From NCBI GenBank assembly GCA_012295275.1, contig CM022674.1, forward strand, positions 7,130,001 to 7,194,000: DNA of 64,000 nt. The letters are read 5' to 3'. Below, piece by piece: positions 52,928 through 64,000 of the stretch. Both the position numbers and the translations under genes were made by a program. The notes under the pieces were generated by a model, which ran no database searches, had not been told where the DNA came from, and saw only the letters and a program-made list of their open reading frames with translations. This DNA comes from Chrysomallon squamiferum (lineage: Eukaryota; Animalia; Mollusca). Position 1 is the stretch's first letter. Each line of letters starts with the position of its first letter.

Positions 52928-55900
52928 CAAATTCAAATAAAGACAGAATCATCCATCAGTATTTCAGTGTTTTCCATTTGGGAAATGTTTGACAAAATAT
53001 TTATCTGTACTTGCAGAGTAACAATGCAAGACCCTCATTTAGCAGGCAGCAGCAGAGGATGATGGGATACGACTGGATTGCTGCCCTGCTTGACAATGAT
53101 ACTGATCTGATGGATGAAACTGAGAACTTTTTTCAAGAAATCAAAGATTTCCGCTTGGTGAACAAACAGCAGTGTTCAAACCAGTTTTACATGGAGTGAG
53201 TTTTGTTGTGTTTTACATGTAGAGAATTTTATTATTTTACATGAATTTTTTTGTGTGTTTTACACATAGTGAATTGTTTTGTGTTTTAGATGGAATGAGT
53301 TTTGTTGTTGCATGTAATGAGAAACAGACATTAAATATATCATACTTATTATTAACAAAGACTGTTATTAAGTATGTCATACATTTATTGTAAACAAAGA
53401 CTGATGTTAAGTATATCATAATTAATTGTTAGCAAAGATTCATATTAAGTATGTCATGCTTTATTGTTAGCAAAGAAAAGTCTTATATAACAAACAAGAC
53501 TTCTTAAAGTGTAAAAATGTATTTCATTATATTTTGTTTGTACAAATTCAGTTATATTTTATTACATAATGTTGATATTGTGAGGCAGTATCATACTGTG
53601 TTAATTATTTTATATATTAATTTAATATTACTGTCATTTTCAGTGGACCTTTGGCTCTAGCTATTGACTTGAAACCTTCACCAGTTGTTCAGGAAATAAC
53701 TGAATCAAGTGAGTAATTTTTATTTATTTTTTTAACCAGCAGCAGAATTAGTTGAACAGAAATCAGATGTTATTTTTCTTTTTTTTTAAGTGATCTGTAT
53801 TAATTGATAATGAATGAAAACAGTGAAGGTTAATTAATTTAATACTCAGAGTAGACATATTCTCTGGGTATATATACAATAGTTGGCCATTTACAAGGTA
53901 CTCTTTAGTTACAGTTGTGAGGGAAAGAATCAGAGGAAATGTAGTTTGACGCTTATTTAAATTTCCAGTGTTAATATTTTACACATGATTTGAATTCAGA
54001 CATAAATTTTAACTCATGTATGTTCTATGTGAAATTAGTAAAGTCGTTTTTTCTTTAACTTGCAGAGGTAAAACCATATGTTGTTAATGACCGACTTTTT
54101 ACAACACCACTCAAGAAATGTCTCCTAGATGATTTAGGAGCTGCAAATGATGAGGAGGAGAAGAGAAGTGAGAAACTGAAGGAGCCATCTTATGAAGAGC
54201 CAAGATTTGTTAGGTGAGTTTTTAGAAAGAAAAAAAAATCTCTTTCCTTTCACAAGCATCTTTAGCATGTTTTTGTTTTTGTTTTTACATGTCATAAAGA
54301 TATTGAGAATAGTTTTGTAGTCTTTTTTATTGCCCCTGTTTTAGAAATAGTGCTTGAATGTAATTTGGTGTGATAGAAATTACATATACAAATGTTTAGT
54401 GGTGCAATATATTTTGATATCTTATATCATATACAGTGAAATAATTATAAACCATATTTGTTAATATTGAGAATTAACTACTGAAAGAAATTTTTAATTG
54501 CTTTCCTAATTGTGTTTTTTTTTTTTTTTTTTTTAAATGTTTATTTATGAATGGTATATTTTTTCATGTTAATGTCAGAAATAATTTACTCTTTTGGCCA
54601 AACAGAAACTGTTTTTAATAACTCTGTTTTAAGTGATTTTTTTTTATTTTAATATATAAATTGTTAATACTAATAATAGACTTTTCCATTTATTATTTAA
54701 AATTCCTGTTTTAAAATATATGTTTATTTTTTAGTGACTTTATTTTTATAATAGAAATTTTTAGTTCTTAACAACATTAATATATTGACAAATTATCACT
54801 TTAAGATATCTTTATTTTCACAGAGTTTTCATATTTTTATTTATTTTTGTTGCCGTGGTTTCAGAGTCAGTATTCCCCGATCTACACTGCAGACTCCAAA
54901 TCGTATTAAGCCCCACAGAAGAGGAAGCTTTGATGCATCAGACTCTTGTGCCCTGTCACAAGTGGGTTATTTTTAGATTGGTTTCATGTATTTTATTACA
55001 ATATTATTTTACTGTCATACTTAGTTTTGAGCAGTGTTAAATTGCCCAGTATAAAAGCATGGAAGTGGATTTTATTAAACAATTTATTCCTTTCCCTGTG
55101 GTACACTTTAAAATTAAACATATTGTAATCATTGCAAAGAACACATTTTATTCAAAGTGATTACATGTTATTTGTGTTACAGATGTGTTGTGATACATAT
55201 TAAAAGTAATGATGAAGTTGATCATGAATATACCAGTAATGATTACAACGATACATTTTCAAGATATATCTCAATTGCTTTTTAAAAAAGAAATAAACAG
55301 AAGAATTGTTAAACAAAAATTGTAATCCTTAATACTTTTATCAAACATGTTTTAAAATGTATTTAAATAATCTGATTGAAGCACTGTCTGTTGGGCTGGG
55401 AGAACTCTCGTCCAGCAATGATGCCATCTGCTTCAACTGTTGGTCTTAGTGACGCCACTGGAGAATTGAAGTCCAGACTTACTACTGTAAGAATAACAGA
55501 TCTTTTAAAACCTTTTAGCCTAATTGCTTTTCATCATTTATTCTGTAACAGTATAATAATGCTTTATAAATAACAGAAGTTTTTTTATTCTACTGTCCAA
55601 ATGAATGTGTAAGTAAGGAGAAAACAAAAAGAGTTGAAGAATTTATAGTAACAGATTTTCTGTTTCAAAGTATTATTTAGAAAAAGCATAATGTTTGACA
55701 ACTAATAACTCTTGAATTGTTGTGACTTTATTAATTCAAACAGCTAAACATAATTCTCTAAACAAATAGTTAAACTTCATTTTCTAACTGGAATTGGTTT
55801 AGTTGTATATAATGACAAACAGTATTGCAATGTAAATTGTTATTTTTTATTATTAACAAGATAAATTGTTAATCTTCATTAGCAAAATTTTATGTTTACA

Positions 55901-56368
55901 ACAAATAAACTGTAAAATGAACAAAATAAACATTCTGAACATTTCTTCAAATAGTGATAAACATCAACAAGAAATAAAGAGACATTCTATTTTTATTTTT
56001 ATTTAATTACTTTGATTACATCAGCAGAGGTACATTTTAACTTACATAGTTTGTTTTTAATTTTCAATCTGCAGACCCTGGCAGAGGCAGAAAGAATGGC
56101 TTCCTTATATTCCTGGCCATTTCCAGAGCTGACAACTCACAAGCCAGATCTGTTTCCATCGTGGCGGAGAGAATACTGCAACACAACTCTGAACATGACT
56201 GCACCAACTTTAACAAAAAACACATCCAATTCTTATACCCTGCCAGACCAGGAGACAATCAGAAAAAACACAAATGACTTACTTAATTCTACATACTCCA
56301 TGATGTATGAGATGGAACGACTGAAGAAAGAAAGAGAACTGAATGAACCTGCAGTGTCAATAAAATAA
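51169..56368 (+). CDS. MIIP: Migration and invasion inhibitory protein homologue
   Basis: Exons 51169-52278, 53017-53195, 53644-53708, 54066-54213, 54865-54961, 55382-55486, 56075-56368 with consistent phases. Family motifs [63 protein letters not shown]. In-frame TAA at 51142 supports ATG 51169 as start. Confidence 0.92.
52847..52924. repeat. (CT)n microsatellite
   Basis: Perfect dinucleotide run in MIIP intron. Confidence 0.95.
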
Positions 56369-57903
56369 GCTGTAAAAATCAAATAAATGAGTAGACATAA
56401 AAAATAAAATTTAAAAAAGATTATTACTATACAGAACAGTAGTGTTAATTCCACAACAGAAGTTGAATTGAAGGGGCAGCAAGGAGGATGTATATCTGAA
56501 CGTCTCTGTTTCATCTGGATCATCCTTAAACACAGAATATATATATATATATCAGTTATAATCTTCATAAGTTTCTTTATATTTTTTAATGTGTATTTTA
56601 AATTTAATTATTTAAATACCAAGAGAATTTATGATGAACAAATAAGCCACCACATTCCTCTTTAGAATATTTTAACCATTTTAACAAATTAATTTAATTT
56701 TTATATATATATATACATAGATTTAATGGCTGCTTGTAAACAAAATTTGTATTATATCATTTATGAAATGTGTATTAGTTATTATAATAAGATATTTATC
56801 AAGATACTAGAAACGTACTCCTTGTAATGTATAGTATTTAATAAACTAAATAATAAATTATTTTATTACAACAGTGTGTAACGTTTCTATATTATTTATT
56901 TTTACATTAAAATTTCATTATTTTAATTATTTGCTTTTTGCACTTTAAAATATTCCTCACTCTCAAGTTAAACACTGCTGATGTTAAAATGTAAAAATGA
57001 ACTTCAGAATAAATAAATTTAAAAACAAACTCTGAGAAACAATTTTTATTACTTTTAGATTAAGACATTTGCATATGATTTTTAAATTTAGAATCACTGA
57101 ATGTAAATAACAAAACAAAGATAATTTAGAAGTAAATATTATATTTAAACAAATTTTTTTTCTAAATCATTAAATATAATAAAAATAAAAAGGTCTACTG
57201 ACATAAATGCAAAAACTTCAAGATGGAAGTGGCAATTAGTTATAATTAAAACATAAATTATAGTAACAGCACTTTGTAATAAACATTTGTGAAAATACAA
57301 ACAAAACAAACTTCAGTAATATAATAGTACTGGTAACATTTCTAATTTATACTGTGTCCAAATAATTACAAATTTTGTATATTATCAGTGGAAATATTCC
57401 TAGGAAAATACATATTTGATGCATATTCATCATAGTTCACATTGGTTTTTTTTTCAAATAATGATTTTACCAAACTCAAACAGATAAAGAAAATTACTGA
57501 ACAATATTACTAATTAAGTGAACAATTAACACGCATAAACAATAAAAGAAAACATTTTAAAAGGATATTCACTAAGCCATAAAAAAATATATTTATTGTC
57601 ATTATTTAGATATTTTTTAGGAAATGTTGAACCTGAAATTATTACTTGTTACATTTAAGAGACAATGTTTTCCTTTATATTTATTATTATATTTTTTAAT
57701 TTACAAATTAATTATTAATTAATTAAAGTGTCTTATAATGTTAAGTAAAAATAAATTGTTTAATTTCAACATCATTTAATTAAAACCCATTAATGAATCT
57801 GGGTAATGTGGCATTAACTAAACAGCAAATTATCTATAATACTTTAACAGTTTTGATTTAACTGCTGGCAACCAATGTAAAACAACATATTAAAATGTGA
57901 TTG

Positions 57904-60471
57904 TTATTCTTCTCCAAGATCAAATGGTTCTGAATCATCACTGACAATAATAGGCTGATGTTTGTTTGTGATGAATTCAGGACTTGATACTGTATCAAGA
58001 TCAAGATCAAGATTGTCACTGTCAGGACATTTCTGATCACTATTTCTGTCATTTAAATCTAAAATCTCCTCTTCATCTTCTTCTGATATACATGGTTTCT
58101 TCATCTCTTCATTATTTTTCTTCTTCTTTGTTTTTTGCAAGACTGATTCTTCTCCACAGTTCTGACTTTGAGGACTATTCAGTTTTCTCTTGTTATGTGT
58201 CACCCTGTTTTTCCTTTTTTCCTTTTCTTTATCATTAATGTCTGCAATTTTTTCATCATCACTCCTTTCACTTTCAGAACTTTGTAATTGTCTTTTACTG
58301 ATGGTCTCTTTCTTACAACTTTTATCTTCATCTTCACTGACTTCAGTTTGAGAATGGTCTGCATTTTTTTGTGTCTTTTCAACATTATTATCTAAATCCA
58401 GAATTTCTCTATCACTTTGTTCTGTTTGAGAATTTTTCTTCTTATCTTGATGTTTGTTCTTTTCAGTTTTTTTATGCAGATTCAAAATTTCTTCATCTTC
58501 ACTTTGACACATTTGTTTCTGTCTTATATTTTCATATTTTTGTTTCTTTTCAGACTTTTTGGTTAAATCAAAATCTTTTATGTCATCATTTTCCTCAGTT
58601 TGTAATTCTTTCTTTCTGCTGCTGGCTCTTTTCTGTTTGTTTGTAGTAAAATTTTCTTTGTCATTATCTTCATAAGATAGAGATACTTGTTTTTTTGTAT
58701 CTAAATGTTTCTGTTTGATTTTACTTTTGTTTTTTAAATCATCTTCATCCTCTTTCTCCTCAGTATGAGAACATTTTTTTTAGAATATTTATGTTTCTTT
58801 TTATTTTTGTTTTTTGAATTCAAATCTTTTTCATCTTCAGTTTCTGAATTATTGTTTATTTTTTTACTAAATTTATTCTTTAATTTATGTTCACTTTCAT
58901 CTGAGTGAGAAGATCTTTGTTTCTTTTTTGTAAATTTTTTCTTCCTAGTTTTATCATTTGTTTTCTTATCATCATCCATACTTTCCATACTTTGTGAACT
59001 ATGTAGTTGCTTAATACAATTTGTTAAATTCTTTTTACATGCTGACATCTCCTCATCTGGATCATCCTCTGATTGTGAATTATATATTTTTTTATTTTCT
59101 TTTTCTTTTTTGCTATTTTTTTTGTCATTAATGGCCAAATCTGTTTCTGGTTCTCTTGCCTGAAACAGATCACTGCAAACTTTCTTCTTTCTGAGATCTT
59201 TTACAGCCTTCTTTTCTTTTTTAATTTCCACTGATTGTTTATCTTCATTATTATTTTTCTTTTTTTTCTTCTCACATTTTATTTCTTTCTTAATGTCTTC
59301 ATCTGCACTCTGTGAACTTTGTTGTATTCTGTTTCCTTTTTCTATTTTCTCTTTCTGTTTATTACTTACATTCACAAACTGCTCATCCCCACTTTCATCA
59401 GAGAACTTCTTTGATAAATTTGCTGTTACCTTTTTCTTCTTATGCTCATCATTTTTATCATCCTTGGCTGGTTCTGCTTTGGTTTCATTGCTGATTTCTG
59501 AAATTGTTAACTTCTTAAGCCTTTTGACATTTTCTATTGTTTCTTCATCTTCTGAAATGTCTTCTTTTTTTATTAGGATTAAACTTGAATTTATATGTTT
59601 CCTCTCCATATTTGAATCTTCTTGATCATTACTTTCATTTTTAACAGAACTTTTTTCTTCTTTTACATCCTTTCTTTTCTCCAGATTCAAATTTTCAGAT
59701 TTTTCTTTCATTTGCAAAGTGGTTTCATTCTTCACCAAAGAATATTCTTTCTTTATATTTTTGTTCATTTTTTTCTGTACTGCATTTATACTTCTGCTAT
59801 TAGAAACTTCAGTAACAACATTAGCTTCAGTTTTAGTTTTCTTGCTAGGTTGAACTTTTTTATCCTTTGGTTTTTCTTGCTCAGTTAAACACAAAACTGG
59901 TGCAACAAATTTTGATACTTTCTTCTTAGGAGCATTAAATGTAGGTACAGTTTTCTGTTTTAATTCATCTTCTTTTTTTTTTTTTTTCTTGTTTGCTTTT
60001 GTTTCTCCTTTGTTTAAAACTTCACTTTGTGATTCACTTTGATGACAGCTTTCTGAAAGTCCATCGTTACTTTTCTCTTTTTTCTTCTTTTTACTTTTTA
60101 TTTTTGCATCATCTGTCATATCAGACTTATTTTCAGAATTTGTTTCTGGTATTTTATGTTTCTTAGGTCTTTTCTTTTCATCTTCATTTTCATTTCCCGC
60201 AGAGCTTTTTGTCACAGCTTTAACACATATACCATCTTTATCTTTCTTTATTTTCTTCTTTGGCTTTTCTTTATTTTCATTCTTATTTTTCTTTTTGCTG
60301 TTTGCTTCTTCACTGTTGTTGGCAGGGCAGAGTACAACTGATTTTCCTGATATATCTTTGTTACAACATATATCCCTGGACATATCCATTGTAAATATAT
60401 CAGGATCTAACTGCATACAAAGCTGTCCCTGACTATCGGCCGTACATCTAACTACATCCTCTGATGATTCT

Positions 60472-60522
<51 letters not shown>

Positions 60523-61875
60523 GCACAAATAGAAACATATGCAGACACATATAAATACCTATTTAGTCAGTTAGTTTGGATAGTAATGATTTTTATTTTC
60601 ATCTGTTTAATATTAAAGAATTCTTTTAAAAATATATTTCATTCACAAAATGAACAAAAGTTATAAAATGTTTCTATATATGTGTGTAATAGCATTATTT
60701 ATAATTACTGATACCTTTTTTCATTCTTCTTTTTCTTTCTTCTCTTCTGCTTTCAAGCCACTCCCTTGCAGCTGAATTGGTACACTTAGGTTCATATTCT
60801 GGATATGAAAATATTTGATTTATCTTGAATACATCTACATACAAATTTAACAAGAACATTATAAAGAACCTGAATATTAAAATATATTGAGATGAAATTA
60901 AACAAATTATTTTTCACTGTTTCTTTTTTTCATGACTGGGCTTGTACAAATTAAAATGTAACTAATAACATGTTGTTATCATTTAAAAAAAAAAAAAAAA
61001 AAACTTTTTTATCAGTGGATTGTTTTAAAAAGTAAAAACATTCTAACCTTCATCACTGTCTGTCTGTTCATCTGGTAAACTGTCCATCACGTCCTCCACA
61101 GATGACAACACTGATTCAGTAGTTTTGATAATTTTATCTACAGTCGAGTTGCCAAGCAGATTTGAATCATCATTAACAATACTCACTGTAGTTCGCTTGG
61201 TATGTTTCTTTTTCGCTTTCTGTGGTTCTTCTGATATACATGTATAGATGACATAAAGCAAAATATTTTTAAAATTTGATAAAAAATTATTTTTTATCAT
61301 TTAAATAATCTTTTCGAAACAGATGTATACATAATAAAAAGATGTGTTTTGAGAATTTCTTTTTGAAAAAAAATAATTTAAAAACTAATTATTAGTAATT
61401 TTGTTTAATTATGCCAATAATTTTTTTATTTTTTTTTATTTTTATTTATATAAATGTGACAATTTAAGTCTACCTTGAGAATCAGCCATGGTGTATCCCC
61501 ATTTTCCTTTAAACCGAGCAGCAAACCCAAATTTTTTTAATCTGTCCTGAAAATAATATTTTATAAACAAATAAAAATTGTAAGTTAGTTAAAATATAAT
61601 AAAAATAGCTACAAAAATGGATTAAACTGAGTTTGGAGAAATTAACAAATATTATTTTTCATTTTTAGTTTTAACATGACACTAACATAATGTCAACAGT
61701 ATATTAAATTCATCATATTTATGAGAAAGTGTACATAAAACCTCTTCCTACAGTTACAGGTAATAACTGTAAATTTATCAGTATGCCATACAAAACAAAC
61801 TAACTGAAATAATAAATAATTAATGAAAACAGTCCTAATAATAATACTATGATAATAATAACAGTAACAGTAGTA

Positions 61876-61915
<40 letters not shown>

Positions 61916-63974
61916 TTGTAATAGTAATAATAATAATAATAATAACTAACACACTATATTCAGAAACATAGATAATTAGAAAAATGTTTTACCTTAACAG
62001 AGTACTGAAAGGCTTCATCTGCATTTTTCTTAGCAGCTGAAATTTCTCTTCTAAATTTATTACTCTTAGATATCTGAAAATTAGTCAAACATATTTTTAA
62101 AAATCTCATCAATGAAAACAAAATGAATTTACTAGACTTACTTTTACAATATAAAATTACTTTGCATTATTAATTTTCACAAAATCAAAAAAGATTATCG
62201 ACCAAATTTAATTTAAATACATATATATATATTTATATATTAAATAAGGAAAGTAAATCTTTGAAAGTTATTGCAAGCATTGTTTAAAAACAAAGTTACT
62301 AATTCTATTTCCTACCTGGTATTTTAAATCTATGTTTATTAATTTAAAACTAATGAAATATAACAAAGAACTAACATGTTCATTAGGATTGTCACTGTAA
62401 GGACATATACAAGAGATACGTATCCATGCTCTCGACACTTTATCATCAAAGAAGACAACATGATACCGAACCTGTTAACAAAATTAAAATTATACTGACA
62501 GAATTTTTAATGTTTTATGTCACAATTTTATAGTTTTTCACATTTCATTAAATTTAAAAAATCAAAATCAAATGAGTATCATCATGATCATCATTATCAT
62601 CATAATGTCCATAATGGTCAATGTTGTGTTGCAGCCATACTGATGGTACAGTAACAGCTGCTCAACATTCTGACAGTCTAACAATGTCCACTGTTTTCCA
62701 CTAGGTCCAACTTCCAAATTTGCCTTGGGCATCCCTAAAGAAACATGATAAAGGATAGGAAAACACTCTGTGCCTTTTTTGGATACATAAAGAGGATATA
62801 TATACTTTTATGTAAAATGCAATAATTGGAAATGTACCTGTATATATGATCACTCTTGTATGTATGCTTACTATACTTACTGGGTGCATGCTGGATGACT
62901 CAGTCTCAAAATATTCATCATAATCAGGATCTATTTCTATCATTCCAGGCCACCTAGAATATTTGGCACATATGTTACATTAATATTTGCTAACGTTTTT
63001 TTAATTATGTAATCAACTAAATTAAAAAAGAAATTATTTTTATTATTTCTTATAAATATTCAAACTTTTCTATAAAAATTCAGAAATCTTCAAATATTAC
63101 ACTTTTTTAAACACCTGTCAGATTATTTGTATTTTGCATATTCAAAACTTTCTGCCCCTGAAATCAAAGAATGAACTTCAACAACAACAAGATGACTGCC
63201 AATAAACTATTATACATGATTTTTTTTTTGGTCTAAAGTCAGGAGAAAGAAATAAAATATTACCAGGGATAGCCATCAAGTTTTGCCCAAACTATTGAAC
63301 CTTCAGTAAACTTAGTAAAAATATGATCTTCTTCATTGTACTCTTCTTCTGATTTGTCACAAGTGTTGTAAAGTTCATCTGCAAACAAACTGCTTTATAC
63401 CAAAGTATTTGGACTTTGTAGATAACATTATAAATATACATACAAGAATGTCCCATTTTTTGACATTAGCAAATTTTCTTTATAATTAGATTCAAAAAGA
63501 AGTCAAATAAATTAATATTCCAGTTACTTAACTAACTATGGATATTATTATATACATTTTTTTTTTTTTTTGAAGTTATAAATGAAATGTATGGGTTTTA
63601 TAAATAATAGCAATATGAGTATATATGTATGTCAGTGGATGTGATTGTTTTTATCTGTATTTTATCTATCAGTGCAACAACATATTAATGAACATTAATA
63701 CACACAGACATACATACACACTTACACTTACATATATGTGGTATTATTATGTCTACATTTGTAATAATAATTTCATATTGTTCTTATTTGAATCCATTAA
63801 TCTTTGAAAACAAAGTATAATAACAAAATAATAGTTTAAACTATACTATAAATCTTGCAGACAAACCTGGATGCATGCTACATTGCCATTCACTAGGTAG
63901 AGTAATAGGATCTGCAACATTGGGCAAATAGCGCCATTTGTGACATGATGGGTTTCCACACTGCACCCAAGTTC
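57904..63974 (-). CDS. ZCWPW1: Zinc finger CW-type PWWP domain protein 1 homologue (5' end outside window; 1-nt frameshift in last exon)
   Basis: Minus-strand exons 63974-63867 (TWVQCGNPSCHKWRYLP..DP..LPSEWQC, zf-CW), 63378-63264 (GSIVWAKLDGYPW), 62953-62881 (WPGMIEIDPDYDEYF), 62471-62376 (YHVVFFDDKVSRAWI), 62073-61993, 61546-61474, 61230-61048, 60798-60715, 60469-57904. GYPWWPGMIE.DPD resembles ZCWPW1 rather than ZCWPW2. Confidence 0.9.
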
Positions 63975-64000
63975 CTATATATAATTAATTACTCAAAGTA

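Noticed and set aside
56835-56900. Opposed polyA signals implying overlapping MIIP and ZCWPW1 3' ends
   Set aside because: AATAAA/TTTATT occur frequently by chance at this AT content; needs 3'-end data.
59293-60341. Plus-strand Phe/Ser/Leu-rich ORFs
   Set aside because: Antisense shadows of the Lys/Glu-rich ZCWPW1 exon.

Overview
AT-rich, microsatellite-dense animal genomic DNA (invertebrate; protostome/lophotrochozoan-like by inference only). It holds three intron-containing genes. (1) A + strand kinesin-3 unc-104/KIF1A-B orthologue (about 1224-41227, roughly 43 exons, first coding exon outside the window) with motor, K-loop, FHA, stalk and PH regions. (2) A + strand MIIP gene (51169-56368). 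(3) A convergent - strand ZCWPW1 gene (zf-CW + PWWP, 57904 to beyond 63974) with a very long charged tail. Almost all other short ORFs in the track are microsatellite noise. The most unusual signals are in the unc-104 splicing architecture: tandem arrays built from copies of the gene's own splice junctions, an 18-nt K-loop microexon at the position of the vertebrate one, a duplicated stalk exon, and two further frame-preserving cassette candidates. There is also a motor exon overwritten by TACA repeat, two homopolymer frameshifts (probably assembly errors) and a 14-bp tandem array of RFX X-box-like sites. I found no prokaryote-type system. All coordinates were read by eye.
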